A stretch of 64,000 bases of DNA from Eledone cirrhosa (GCA_964016885.1 OZ024742.1:150288001-150352000); one strand, 5' to 3'. Positions 1 through 14,005 are shown, counted from the stretch's first letter. Program-made: numbers and translations. Notes: generated by a model not told the origin, from the letters alone.

Positions 1-960
1 TCAATCCCAGAACACGTCTGCCTACATCATAAACCGACTTTTTAAGGGTCGGCCAATCCTCACCAAGATCTGCACCCTGCATCTCTTCTCCCAATGTCCT
101 CTTCACATTTTTATCCTTAAGATGAGCAGCATTCAATCTTTTGGGCAGGGCAACACTAGGAGCCCGGATTTTACGTTTAGTGATTAGTTTCACTTTTGCG
201 CGTACCAGGCGGTGATCCGTCCAGCACTCAGCCCCACGAAGAACACGAATACACTGCACATCCTGTCTGTCACGCATCCTGACTAGGACGTAGTCCAAAA
301 GATGCCATTCCTTAGATGCAGGATGCATCCATGTGGTCTTGAATTTGTTCTTTTGTTGGAACATGGTGTTGGTAACACACAGATCCAGCTCCTCACACAT
401 CTGCAGCAGGAGCATACCATTGCTGTTACACTTCCCTACCCCATGCCTTCCGATTACATTCCATGTGTTAAAATCCCTACCCACTCTAGCATTAAAGTCA
501 CCAAGCACGATGACTTTGTCTGCCTGAGGGATATTTCTTAAAACACATTTCTTAAAGGCATGGTAAAAGGACACCTTTTCCTCATCGACAGAACTCATAG
601 TTGGAGCATACACACTCACCATGGACATAAGACGCTCACTAATCCCTACTGGGAATTCTTCTAATTTGTTCACAAGTACAGTCTTAACAGCAAATCCTAC
701 CCCAGCCTCTCTTCTGGTTCCTTCATCTCTTCCTTTCCAGAAGAATGTATATTCTCCTTTGCAACAAGAGCGGCCATTCGTTCAGGACGCTCCAATGAAT
801 CCCTGTCAAGCAGCGTCCGTACGTTCCAGCAGCCACGACTAAATGCCTTGTTTGGCTCTATTACAGTGGCACGATGACGAGCGGGCCCAGGCTGTGATAA
901 CCTGGGGGCCCCAGCCCGTATTGCCAATGATCTCTTTTGTTCCAGAACCTTTATTGCCAA
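1..960 (-). mobile_element. RTE (BovB-like) LINE, degenerate 5' part with AP-endonuclease domain, runs off the window start
   Basis: Minus-strand translations give GCWNVRTLLDRDSLERPER (ORF 697-960) and TWMHPASKEWHLLDYVLVRMRDRQDVQCIRVLRGAECWTDHRLV (~335-200), typical RTE endonuclease motifs. Confidence 0.85.
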
Positions 961-1015
961 TTATCTCTTTTATATTGTTTTAGAACATCGTTGAATTTGG
1001 AAAAAAAAAAAAAAA

Positions 1016-1017
<2 letters not shown>

Positions 1018-1058
<41 letters not shown>
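1018..1058. repeat. (TAA)n microsatellite next to the Tx1 3' end
   Basis: Direct reading. Confidence 0.95.
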
Positions 1059-1059
<1 letters not shown>

Positions 1060-1079
1060 ACTATTGATAATTATTAATT

Positions 1080-3540
1080 AATGATTTCTTTATTGGCCAC
1101 AAGGGCTGACATCAAGAAAAACATTACGGACGGTACAGGACGGTACGATGTGGGTTTTGTGCGTGTAAATATTTTTATTATTTATATAAGAAAAGAAAAA
1201 AAAGACATAGAAACATATATATATAAACAATAAAAATGAAAATTGAAACAATGAAAAATTCCCCAATAGGGGGGAAACCTCCGAGGGTTACTCGTGGCGA
1301 AAACCACACAAAAGACCACGGCCACCCTGACCACCAGGGCAAGCGCCCTCCCTCAATTTTTCCATTTCTCAAACTAGAGACGTATATTCAGAGCGGTCCC
1401 GTTCACTCGGACCATTCTCGCTACATTCACCCACCTTTCAACAAACTTGCTAGAAGGCAGCACTTGCCTCTCCACCCTGATTTTCCTCTTCAAGTGAAAC
1501 TTGAAAAAGTTAATTAGGGATTCGCCGAAGAGGAAAGTGTCTGTCTTTAACCCTTTCAACCTTGTCCACCACACAATCTCTTTCGCCACGGCCACCAGGC
1601 AGATGAAAACCGCCTGCTCTTCCTCCTCGAAGGAAGACGGCGAGACCATCTGCACAATGGACTCAGTCGATAACCGGATCAGTCCTACACGCGACAGCAA
1701 CTGTTCGACATAGCTCCACAAGTCAGCAATGCTCGGGCACTGAACGAGTGCGTACACGACGTTTTCGTCGCTCTGCGCGTATCTCGGACAGGCTCGGCTG
1801 ACGGCACTTCCGTGCCTGTAGAGCTTATCTCGAACCGGCAGCGCTCCCCTGTAGCACTGCCAGGCCAGGCCAGGGATTTTTGGAAGTTATCCATAGACCC
1901 TGGGCTGAAAGTTCTCCGGAATACAGCAAACAGCTGATCGTCTTCGACGCCCAGGATTTCTCCGAGAACGTCGTCGCTCTTCCCATCCACTAGTCCTCTA
2001 TAGAACGCCGAGGTGGATGTTTCACCGATACTGGTGCGCATCTGGCAGAGGGCAGTGAGCGCTTGGAGACATTCCAGTTTCCAAGCGCTATCCCTCGGTC
2101 TTTTTCTGACCCAAGACTGCAGCTCCGTCAAGGAGACGAGCTGTGGGAAAACGTGCCTGGCGAACGGCGACCACACCTGTTCCTCGTCAAGGAAGCACCA
2201 GAGATGTCGCAGCCTCAGCGCATGTTTGCGCATCATCAGCCATGGCATGCCCCGTCCTCCACGCAACGGGTGTTGATAGCAGATGGATCGTCTGACCATG
2301 GGAGTGCGTCCCTTCCACAAAAAGCGGAAGAGGAGGCGCTCCATTTTGGTGAGAGTTGGGCCGGGGCAAGGGAGGACGGTGAGGCGGTAGCAGATGACGG
2401 ATGCGATGTACGCATTCGCCACCTCCGCCCGGCCTTTCAGGGACAGCTTCCTCTCGACCCCTTTCTGGGTGAGGGAGGCCACCTTGCTCGTCATCTCGTT
2501 CCAGTTTTTCTCCATCTGGAGGTCCGGTCCGAACCAGACCCCGAGCAATTTAACCGGTCCGTCCGTCCAACGCCCCACGACGCTGTCGGACGGCATGGAC
2601 TTGCCTCTCCAGGTGCCGAGCTGCAAGCCCACCGACTTTTCCTGGTTTATCTTTACTTCTGTCACCGCTTCGTATTCCTTGAGAGCGGTGCCGAGCATCT
2701 GGACGTGTCTGGTGCTCGAGACCACCACGGTGACGTCGTCGGCGTAAGCCGACTCGGATTTCCCGCATCCTAGTTCGCGTGGGATGCCCCTCATTGCCCC
2801 CAGTTTGTACAGTAACGGCTCGAGAGCCAATACGTACAACAGGGACGAGAGGGGACAACCCTGGCGGACTGAGCGCATGATGCTGAACGGCTGCGACAGG
2901 TGACCGTTCACCCTCACAACTGAGCAGATGTCGCTGTACATTGCAGCGATCCAACCCCTGAAAATGGGCCCGAAACCGGCTGCCTCGAGGACCGCCGCCA
3001 GGTACCGATGGTCGACCCTATCGAATGCTTTGGATTGATCCAAGTTGATCAGGCCCCCACCCTTGCCAGGTTCCTTAACCACCCTCTCTATGATGTATCG
3101 CATGAGGTGGAGGTTGTCGTGCATGGATCTGTCCGGAATGGCGCATGTCTGCACCTCTCCCACCAGACCTTTGACGACAAGCACCAACCTCGTTGCTAAC
3201 ACCTTGGCCAAAATCTTGAACCCTGCATTTAGCAGGGTTATGGGCCTGAAATTATCGATAACATCCCCCTTGTTCGGGTCTTTTCTCAGCAGCGCCACCG
3301 CTCCCCAGCTCACAAAATTGGGAATGCTCCCGTTCTGCTGCCAGTTGCAGTAGACGTCTGCCAAGAGGTCACCGAACAAGTCTGGCATAAATGCATAAAG
3401 CTCGTAGGGCAGACCATCCAATCCTGGCGATTCACCCCTCGTGCAGTTAGCCATCGCATCTCGTATTTCACCGGCTGTTATTGGCTTTTCGCAATACTAT
3501 GCTGCGGTCGTCGAGAGCCGAGGCAGTTCGTCGAGGTATA
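1080..3540 (-). mobile_element. Tx1/L1-clade non-LTR retrotransposon, 5'-truncated (ORF2 RT and C-terminus, 3' UTR)
   Basis: ORF 1685-3454 (589 aa) has SPGLDG, NFRPITLLN, LDQSKAFDRVDH, SVRQGCPLS, AYADD. A frameshifted C-terminus lies in 1374-1757, and AATAAA is on the minus strand near 1090. Confidence 0.92.
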
Positions 3541-3544
3541 TAAT

Positions 3545-3640
3545 TAATTGTTTCTATACCCAGCAAACACTCAGTGCATTACTGGTACTTTATTTTATTG
3601 ACCCCGTAAGAATGAAAGGCAAAGTCAACCTCGGTGGGAT
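3545..3640 (-). mobile_element. tRNA-derived SINE family A, 3' fragment
   Basis: Reverse complement of the 3' half of the 5985-6170 element. Confidence 0.85.
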
Positions 3641-3743
3641 TATAATTAATGCAATCGTGCAATGCCTGTGCGTGACGAATATTTTTAAATTGAGGAAAGA
3701 CTGTGCACTGAGTCAATCCCACTCTCTGAGCGACAGTTGTTGT

Positions 3744-4011
<268 letters not shown>

Positions 4012-4269
4012 TTTTGTTATTTTTTGTGTGTGTTTTTTTTATCGTTTGATGCCGCTGTTGTAAATGTTCATTTCAATTCATTCTGAAGCTGTTGTAAACA
4101 TTAGTGCCGGTGTTGTAGATGTTGGGGTTGAAATCTGGTCGTTTGACTGAGTGATGTATATACACACATATACATACATATATATATACAAAAATGAGTT
4201 TTACACACATACATGTGGTTGTATGTATTTATATGTATGTGTGTGTGTGTATATGTATGTATATATATG

Positions 4270-4528
4270 TGTCAGCTCAAAAGTGACACAGAGGAGACTG
4301 AGGTTGGCTGGACATGCTCACCGACATCCAGAGTTGACATTGCACTCAGTGCTCCATTGGGAGCCCCTACATGGACACACTAGAAGAGGAAGACCAAGGT
4401 TAACATATGTTGATGCCCTAAGGACAGACACTGGTCTGTTGGAGATGCAGGATATAGCAGCGATAATGAGGGACAGAGACCGCTGGAGAGAACTCGTCCA
4501 TGGATCTCGGGAATTTTACCCGCCTTAG
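4270..4528 (+). mobile_element. RTE-type LINE 3' fragment
   Basis: QRRLRLAGHAHRHPE...WEP.HG..RRGRPRLTYVD.L..DTG...MRDRDRWR is an RTE RT C-terminus; it is followed by (TA)n. Confidence 0.85.
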
Positions 4529-4678
4529 ATATATATATATATATATATGTAGAAGTTCTATTTAAATTGTTGGGATACAACAAGCAAATATTTTTATAAC
4601 TGATATAAAGCACTCAACAAATAATTAGAGTAAAAATACGATATTAACAAATGGAAACTATATTTATAAAACCATATT

Positions 4679-4743
4679 TATTTCATTATACATATTTCAA
4701 GGACACCAAGTTAAATTATGGTGTGCTTTCATCCGATAAAATA
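4679..4743 (-). ncRNA. Hammerhead motif, core-mutated copy (CGGATGA)
   Basis: Reverse complement of 4918-4982 with one core substitution. Confidence 0.6.
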
Positions 4744-4917
4744 TGATATAGATTCTTCTCTCTCTCCATAACCCAACGGCTTATTTAAAAATATCCAATA
4801 CTAATTTACATAATAGTATAAATAAATTTATAACCCCACTATCCGGGAGCTTCCAACAGTAATGGTTGCATTCTTTAAGGGTATGTCAATATTTATTTAT
4901 AAAACTGCTCTATATTA

Positions 4918-4982
4918 TATTTTATCTGATGAAAGCACACTATAATTTAACTTGGTGTCCTTGAAATATGTATAATGAAATA
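4918..4982 (+). ncRNA. Minimal type I hammerhead ribozyme motif
   Basis: tattttat-CTGATGA-[stem II aagcacacta/tggtgtcctt]-GAAA-tatgta-TA-atgaaata; stem I closes with 8 bp. Confidence 0.8.
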
Positions 4983-5806
4983 AATATGGTTTTATAAATA
5001 TAGTTTCCATTTGTTAATATCGTATATATATATATATAGTGTGTGTATGTGTGTGTATGTATATGTGTGTGTGTGTGTGTGTGTGTTTGTGTGTATTTAT
5101 TTTTATGTATGTATGTGTATGTGCAATTGTGTGTATTGCTTACCACGTGTGTTTGTTCATTTATTTGTTGCCTGTATCACTGTCAACTTTATAATAATTT
5201 TTACATTTATTTTTTATTCTTATGTGACGGTATTTTTATTATATTTTTTCTTATAATTAATTGTGTGTGTGTGTGTGTGTGTATGTAGGTGTGTGTACAT
5301 ATATCTATATTTGTGTATGCGTGTATATATGTGTGTATGTGTGTGTGTGTATGTACGTGTGTATATATGTATGATTATGTGTATGTATATATATATATGT
5401 ATATATATATATATACACATGTGTGTGTGTGTGTGTATTTGTGTGTATGTGTATGTATGGATATGTTGATATATATGTGTGTATGTATGCATATGTATGT
5501 GTATTTGTACGTGTATGTATATGTGTATGTAAGTATATATATATATATATATATGTGTATATGTATGTATATATATATGTGTATGTATATATATGTGTGG
5601 GTATGTAATTGTGTGTGTGTGTGTGCATGTGTGTTTATTTTTCCTTTCCTTCTTCCTTTTCCAGCCTCACTTTCTTATAGATTATATTTTTGTTTTTAAA
5701 ATCCAATGTCAATAAATACACCAGGATTTTTTCATTCTGATGATTGAAAGCAAAATTTGTTTGCTTTCAAGAAACTACTGGTAATTGCCTTATGTTGTTT
5801 ATTACA

Positions 5807-5931
<125 letters not shown>

Positions 5932-5984
5932 GAAAGTATAGAAATTATTGTGAGCATGAAGCCAACAGTATTTCATAATATATA

Positions 5985-6170
5985 GGGCGGTGGATTGGCA
6001 CTATCGGTAGAGGGTCGGACGCCATGCTTTCAAGCATAGTTACGTCCCTTTACGATCTGAGTTCAAATCCCGCCGAGGTTGACTTTGCCTTTCATCCTTA
6101 CGGGGTCGATAAAATAAAGTACCAGTAATGCACTGGGTAATTGCTGGCCTTGTGCCTAAAGTAGAAACAA
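5985..6170 (+). mobile_element. tRNA-derived SINE family A, full length, with 18-bp TSD
   Basis: A box TGGCACTATCGG, B box GAGTTCAAATCC, core GCCTTTCATCCTTACGGGGTCGATAAAATAAAGTACCAG. TSD agtatttcataatatata at 5967-5984 and 6170-6187. Confidence 0.92.
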
Positions 6171-6703
6171 GTATTTCATAATATATAAGTGCTTATAACG
6201 TCAAAATGGAAAAATAATTTACGTAAGATGTGGGAAAATAATTCAAACTCAATTAAAAAAAAAAAAAAATATATATATACACACACACACACATTCAACA
6301 CCGAGTAGAGAGTTTGGCAACAGGTCAGTAATTTTAGTCTAGATAGGGTAATGACATGTGTAAATGTAAATGTGGTGATTGGGAGAGAGTGTAGACGTTA
6401 TTGTGAGATGTATCTAGTTCATTTGTCCGTTTTCTTCTCTTTGCAAAATTTGTATTTTAGCCATGTTATATTGCGATGTAAGTAAATGTAAAATATAAAT
6501 AAGGATTGCTCTGGCAAAATATAGGAAAATATTTGTATAACTTCCACAAACTTCTGTCATGATATTCCCGAGTCCAGTGAGCAAAAAATTGTTGTATTTT
6601 GATGTTTCAGAATACAAAAATTAATTAAAAACTTACCCCACGAAAAGACAGCGTGTGTTGTCCTACCTACCTACCTACCTACCTACCTACCTACATACAT
6701 ACA

Positions 6704-7053
6704 TGGTGGCTGCCAACTCGTTTTCGAGTACGGCCACTACTATATATCCATGTAGGAGAACCCTCACCGATGCGCTGAACGAGTGTGACTTTTTAGTCCA
6801 GCCAGCGACTTGAAAACTCTGGTACAAACACTACACTTGTGACAATTATTGACACTGTGCTGGGCCCATGGTACCATGTGACGACAAGTGCAGAGAGATC
6901 TCCAGATATAAAGCAATGCCTGTGCCGTGAAGCTTTTATAGTGAGCAAAGGCACTGCGCAAAGCCAGTCCCACTCTCGTAACCAAGATCATATTTACCAA
7001 AAAGAAGAACAAGCCAACATCATTGGATGCCATCAGGATTGCAGGTGTTATAT
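6704..7053 (-). mobile_element. RTE-derived non-autonomous element, 3' part
   Basis: Encodes a C2H2-like [22 protein letters not shown], as at RTE C-termini. Near-identical to 47187-47540 and 58546-58730. Confidence 0.75.
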
Positions 7054-7100
7054 CACATACATGTGTTATATCACATACATACATACATACATACATACAT

Positions 7101-10100
7101 TCCACCAGTCAACGCGATCAGTCGCATATTTTGGCGTGGGAGACTATTTATTAAATTTAAGATGAATACTATCTCCGACAGTAATGCCACAACTACAGCC
7201 AGGCTGAATAACTGGTTATTCTTCTAACTATCTCTTCTGAAGACACCTTTTATTCGAATTCGTAGAGATATCCGACTAAATACATAATTCATTTTACAAG
7301 GATTTGCTACAAACAGCATGGCTGAACACAACATCAACAAGAAAATTAAGGAAGTATCGAAGACAAATAACAAATAAGGTAATCAAACTTTATTCAGTTG
7401 TAGCTACAGAAGAAACCGAAATTATAAATCGCATTTCTCTTGGAGTTGCGAACTTAATAATGATTTATTTAATTGTTATAAAATAGCAAAAAACAATCCC
7501 TCCATTGACTATATGAATAGAATGAAGCTACACTGGGACGAAATGCACCCAGAGCTAAATTATTTCACAGCGAAACAATTACGCCAACAAGCGACGTTTG
7601 TTGAAGGTAAAAATAAGATAAATATTATTAATTGTAAGTCCCCCACAACAAACATGGAATCAACAACACGTGCTACAGATCGCCATGCTACTAGACTTCC
7701 TAGCAGCCAGGTCGAACAGCGCCTTGAAACAACTATGCCTGTAAGAAACTTGACACCACCTGTACCATCTAAGTCTACCTCGAATGCTGGGGAAAACACT
7801 ATCGATAATAATAATAATCGAAGAAATAATAATAATAATCGAATAAATGTGACACCAGGTATACCATCCGAGTCTACCTCGACTGTTGTGGAAAATACTA
7901 TCGATAATGATAATCAAAAGTATAAACAATTGAAAATTTCCCTCAACGAAATCTTCCAGAGAGAAATTAACTCATGTATAAATATCTCTCTGGCTGAACG
8001 TATTAAAAGACAATGGTGAATAAAAAACCAAATAATGAAATACTACGTGTTATTGACGAAATAGGGGATGAATATTTACGACGGATAAAACCCCCAACAT
8101 TTTGGCAAATCAACGCCTGTTTATATGCCTTAGCAACGACAGTGAAGCATTATCTTGGTGATAGCAGAGATATTAACAAGAACAAAACACCACCAAAAAT
8201 ATCATCATATATAACTAAAATAGAAAAAAAGAGTGCTGACCTACGAAAAAACATAGGACATGTGATAATGCTCCTTACATGCAAACACACACAAAAAAAA
8301 CCTCACTCCTCACCAACAAAGAGTGAAAAATAAAATAGAGACGATGTTTGGTAACAGTAGAACCAGAACTCTCCAATATAAGTTGATCACCCTTAAACAA
8401 GAATTGAGAGCTGTTAGCGAAAAACGCCGATACCTGAAGAAGTTAGATGAGAGAAAAATGCTTAATAAAAGATTCAGACGAAACCAAACATCAGTCTATA
8501 GAGATATGAAGGGCAAAATAATAAGTGTCACTGAGGCCCCATCCCAGAAAGACATAGATTCCTTTTGGAGAAAAATATGGGGTGAAAAGAAGAATTTCAA
8601 CCAAGATGCAGTGTGGCTAAGAGAAATCCGAAAGAACTATTGCTCCTACACGACAACAAAAACATACGAAATAAGTGAGGTTACCCTTGAGACTGTGATA
8701 GGAAAACTCCAAGATAAGAAACACCAGGAAGAGACATGATTGTCGGCTACTGGTACAAAAAACTAATATTCTATCGGAGGTATCTTACTGACCTCTACCA
8801 ACAAGTTCTTAAGGGAGATACACTTATACCAGAATGGTTGACATTAGCACAAACGTTACTGGTCCCCAAGAACAAAGACACCCACTTAGCAAAAAACTAC
8901 CGACCCATTGCATGCCAGAACCTGATGTATAAGATGTATACAGCCTGCCTCAACCTATTCCTCTAAGATCACTGTGAAAATAATAACATCATTACAGATG
9001 AACAAGCAGCTGGAAAGAAAAGGGTTTGGGGATGTGCTGAACAACTCCTAATCAACAAAACTGCGATGTCGGAGGTGCGACAACTTAGGAGGAATATGAC
9101 TACAGTCTGGCTAGACTACAAGAAAGCTTTTGATTCTGTTCACCACTCTTAGATGATAGAGGCCCTCCAACTTGCTAAAGTCCCAGACATTATTGTCAGA
9201 GCCATAGAGAGGCTGTCTTCTTCTTGGGCTACTATTCTAAGGTTAAAGACAGAGAGGGAGGACTCTATTTTCACTGATAAAATAAAATATTGCAGGGGTA
9301 TATTTCAGGGGGACAGTCTCTTTGTTCATCTTGTCATTAAACCCCTTGTCCTTTCTGCTCAAGAAATGTGAGGGATACATCATTGGCTCACAGGAGGACA
9401 GAAATACGAATCTAACCCATAACTTCTTTGTGGACGATCTGAAACTCTATGCCAAGAACATGGATGGGATGAAGAAAAATCTTGACCTGGTTACAACGTT
9501 CTCAAAGGATATAGGAATGGAGTTTGGCCAAGATAAATGCTCATACATGACTGTAAAGCGGGGAAAAACAACAACCCAATCTAGCAACATTGTCATCAAT
9601 GGTCTAACTGTTTCACCGATATCTGATGAGGACTGCTACAGATACCTGGGGATAGATGAAAACATATCCTATAATGGTATCTGTAAATAAATAACGCGTA
9701 ACCAGGGAATACTACACCCGATTAAGAAAGATCTGGTCATCGGAACTCTCTGCACAAAACAAAACAGTGGCTCACAATGTGTTTGCTGTGCCTGTCCTAA
9801 CACCAACGTTTGGAATACTCAATTGGACGATAGACGAAATCCGAGCAGTTGATGTTGGAACTCGAAAAATACTGAACAACACCGGAAACTTCCACATCAA
9901 CAGTGACATAGACCGCCTTTACTTGAAACGTAAGCAGGGAGGCAGAGGCCTAACATCAGTCCAGACAACATTTGAATGTCGCATCATATCTCTCCGACAA
10001 CATCTACGAACCTCGAAGCGTAGGAGCCCGCTTCTCGAGCAAGTCTATCTGCATGAAACAGATAAGATCATGAGAGTTGGGAAGGAACTCCTTGAGAGAT

Positions 10101-11232
10101 ATTCCCTGTGATAATCAAAAACTCACACCCAGGGATGTTGCTCAGCAGTATCGCAGTGAATCCATGGATGAAAAACTGCATGCCTATCAGCAAAAAATCA
10201 TGCATGGATATGTTGCCAGGAAGCTCCAGAGTGAGAGTAATATAGATAAGGAAAGTAGTCTATCTTGGACCAACAACCGCTATATTGGCTCCCACTTTGA
10301 AGGATACGCTTTTGCAATCCAAGAACAGGAGATTAGCACGAAATACCTGGTTCACAAGAGAGATAGGGATGCAGGCAAAACACCTAGATGTGATAACAAG
10401 TGCAGACTCTGCAGAACTAACATCGAGGATATCACCCATGTCATCAGCAGCTGCCCAAAGATATCATCGCTGTACTATCTACCTATGAGGCATGATGTAG
10501 TGGCCAAAACACTGTACAATGCAGTTCGTAAAAAAGATAGCCCCGATAATAAACACATTAAAAGCTACAACAATGTGGAAGACATCCATGTACATAATAT
10601 GAAAGAGTACTGGTGGAATGTTCCAGTAAAAACTCCAATAAAATGCAGGCATAACAGACCAGATATTATGATATGGGACAGGGAGAAGAAAACATGCACA
10701 GTAGTGGAAATTAGCTGCCCAGCAGATGCCAATATAATATCAAAGATTAGTGAAAAGGAGAATATTTATGCAGAACTGATGAGAAATCTGCAGATACTCC
10801 ACCCTGATTACACCTTCAGATTTATGCCTGTGATTATTGGGGCACTGGAATATGTTAGTAACTGCCTCAATACAAATCTTGAGAAGCTAGGCTTCACAGG
10901 AACAGAAAGAACACAATTAGTTAGGAAATTACAAGTACAATCCATTAATCGAACAGTAAAAAATATGTAAAACATTCCAAAAATGTTGCATCTAATAACT
11001 GCATATACACATGTACAGATACAAAACATATACACATGCACACATACAACTCAAAACATCCACATCCACACATACAATAACATCCATATCTACACATGCA
11101 TGCATGCATGCAGACATACATATCTACCTAGTTGATGTTGTGTAAATTCCAATGAGAGAGTCTTGTGTCTATGTTAGAAACCGACTCTCTCTCTATTGGT
11201 AAAACTTTGTGAAATTATAAAACCAGAAGAAC
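7101..11232 (+). mobile_element. R4/Dong-clade (RLE) non-LTR retrotransposon, near full length, disabled by frameshifts and stops
   Basis: NYRPIACQN, GIFQGDSL, FFVDDLKLY, YRYLG, CCHC CRLC..EDITHVISSC, RHD, RPD...VVEISCP (RLE). Flanked by (CATA)n on both sides. Confidence 0.92.
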
Positions 11233-11247
11233 ATACATACATACATA

Positions 11248-13520
11248 AAAGAACAGGTTGAGAGCTACTGGAGATGTGTATGGGAAACGGATGACGGATT
11301 CAACAGACAAGCTAATTGGCTAAAAGAACTGGAACAGGACTACTGCCAACATGTCCAGACAAAACAATATGACATAGATGGGTCAATACTGGAAATAGCT
11401 CTACAGAAAATGTCGAATAGGATATCGCCAGGCCCAGACCTCATTACAGGATACTGGTTGAAGAATTTCACTTTCTATCGGCAAGATCTGATACGGCTGT
11501 TTACAGAAACCATTAAAGGCACACAAGAACTGCCCAGATGGTTATCAACTACCACTACTCTCCTCATTCCCCAAAATAGCCAAACCACCCTTGCTAAAAA
11601 TTACCGCCCAATAGCCTGCCAAAACATTATGTATAAATTATATACATAATGATTCAGGAAAAAACAACAAAGAATCGCAGAAACATGACTGTGGTGTGGC
11701 TGGACTGTCAAAAAGCATTTGATAGTGTACCTCATTGGTGGATTATTAATGCTTTACAGTTAGCTAAAGTCCCACAACCATTGGTAGCTGCTGTTGAACG
11801 CCTGACCAAGAACTGGTACACCAATTTGATCCTTAGAGGTGAGAAGGAGCAAGTTAAGACTACTCTTCGTTCTCTCACTGAATCCACTATCTTACCTACT
11901 CAGGAAACAAGGTGGACAAAGAAGTGGGCCCAGAAGTATCTCTCATCTTTTCTTTGTTGATGACCTGAAGTTGTATGGGCCAAATATCAATGACATCAAG
12001 AAACAATTGGACCTCATTACACAATTTTCAACCGACATCAAAATGAAATTTGGTGAGTCCAAGTGTGCATATTTGGCAGTAAAACGTGGAAGAGCTGTGC
12101 CCTCCTCTAGAAATCTAGAGATGAACGGCCTGACAATACAACCTCTGCAGTCAGGTGACAACTACAGATATCTTGGACAGGATGAGAATGTCAGATATGA
12201 TGGACCCATAAATAAGGAGAGAACCAGAACTGAATACCTCAGAAGAGTAAAGAAAATATGGTCATCAGAACTGTCAGCGTACAACAAATACATTGCCCAC
12301 AACACTTATGCTGTGCCAATTATAACGCCAACATTTGGCCTGCTGAACTGGTCATTGCAAGAACTAAGTGAGATGGATGTTAGAACTCGAAAACTTCTCA
12401 GTGTTACTGGGAACATTAACATCAATGGTGATGTGGATAGGCTATACTTCTCACGCAAGGAAGGTGGCCGGAGTCTAAAATCAATATTAACAACATATGA
12501 GACCCGGATAGTAACACTGAAGCAACACCTTCAACAGAGGAAAAAGGTTGGCAACCATCTTGCCTAGGTTTATGAGCATGAAAAAAAAAAATATCATTAG
12601 AATAGCGACTGATCTGGAGGAGAGATATGGAATAAAGCCTGATATAAATCTCTCACCTAGAGAAATCGGAAGATCCTATTCAATGTTCAAACAAGATAAA
12701 AAAATTGACCAATTTACAGAAAAAGTTGTGCATGGATACTTGAGGCGTAAAACACAGACCATAGAGGGGGTAAACCACTCAAAAAGCCTGGCATGGAGTT
12801 CCGACAAGTTTATGACATCACACCTTGAAGGATATCTCTATGCAATACAGAAACAAGAACTCCATACCAAATATCTGCTGCACAAAAGAGGAGGGCCAGC
12901 AGCTGACAATAAATGTAGGCTATGAATGTCATCTCGCTACTACCTCCCCATGAGACACGATGGGATAGCTAGAACCATCTGGAACGCACTTCGGAAAACA
13001 AAATTAACAACAAACCAGGAAGAATATATTGAGACAGATGGCACTAAGGAATACTGGTGGAACCTGAAAATAAAAACTGCCACCAAATTAAAGCAAAACC
13101 GGCCTGATATTGTTGTTTGGGACCACACATTGAACACGTGTTCTGTTGTGGAGATCAGCTGCCCACTTGATGTATACGTTGTCAGAAAAATACAGGATAA
13201 GGAGGACATCTACGGGCCATTGATGAGGAGTTTACAAATCCAGTATCCAAGATACACCTTTATCTTCATACCCATCATTATTGGAGCTACGGGTTATATA
13301 CCAACCCGCTTGGACCAAAGTATGACTGAACTTGGATTTGCGGACAAAAAGCGCAGCTCCCTAATTCATAGTCTACAAATGGCTGCAATAGCTGGCACCT
13401 TCAACATTTGCAAAACATTCTTGCGATTCAAGGGATGACAATTTCTTTTCTTTTACAACCTTGCCACCAGGAAGGTGGCCGGTCAAAAAATGTACTCGAA
13501 ATTAAGAGAAAGAGATAAAC
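11248..13520 (+). mobile_element. Second R4/Dong family element, 5'-truncated with internal deletions
   Basis: ORFs 11410-13438 carry SPGPD, NYRPIACQN, FFVDDLKLY, RHD, RPD, VVEISCP; ends in (ACAT)n. Confidence 0.9.
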
Positions 13521-13561
13521 ATACATACATACATACATACATACATACATACATACATACA

Positions 13562-14005
13562 TTATGCAGAACTGATGAGAAATCTGCAGATACTCCACCC
13601 TGATTACACCTTCAGATTTATGCCTGTGACTATTGGGGCACTGGGATATGTTAGTAACTGCCTCAATACAAATCTTGAGAAGCTAGGCTTCACAGGGACA
13701 GAAAGAACACAACTAGTTAGGAAACTACAAGTATGTCTTCCATTAATTAAAAATATGTAAAACATTCCAAAAATTTTGCATCTAATAACTGCATATACAC
13801 ATGTACAGATACAAAGCATATACACATACACACATACACACATACAACTCAAAACATACACATCCACACATACAATAACATCCATATCTACACATGCATG
13901 CATACATACATATCTACCTAGTTGATGTTGTGTAAATTGTGCCTATATTAGAAACCGACTCTCTCTCTATTGGTAAAACTTTGTGAAATTATAAAACCAG
14001 AAGAA
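13562..14005 (+). mobile_element. 3'-terminal fragment of the first R4/Dong family
   Basis: Near-identical to ~10767-11232; bounded by (CATA)n. Confidence 0.9.

Larger units (their letters stand above)
4636..5025. repeat. Inverted repeat (arms ~4636-4752 and 4909-5025), Penelope pLTR-like, one hammerhead motif per arm
   Basis: The arms are near-perfect reverse complements (~117 bp) and flanked by (TA)n. Confidence 0.9.

Noticed and set aside
2013-3353. Plus-strand ORFs up to 236 aa
   Set aside because: Antisense shadows of the GC-rich Tx1 RT ORF.
5985-6075. tRNA gene
   Set aside because: The A/B boxes belong to a SINE head; no cloverleaf and many dispersed copies.
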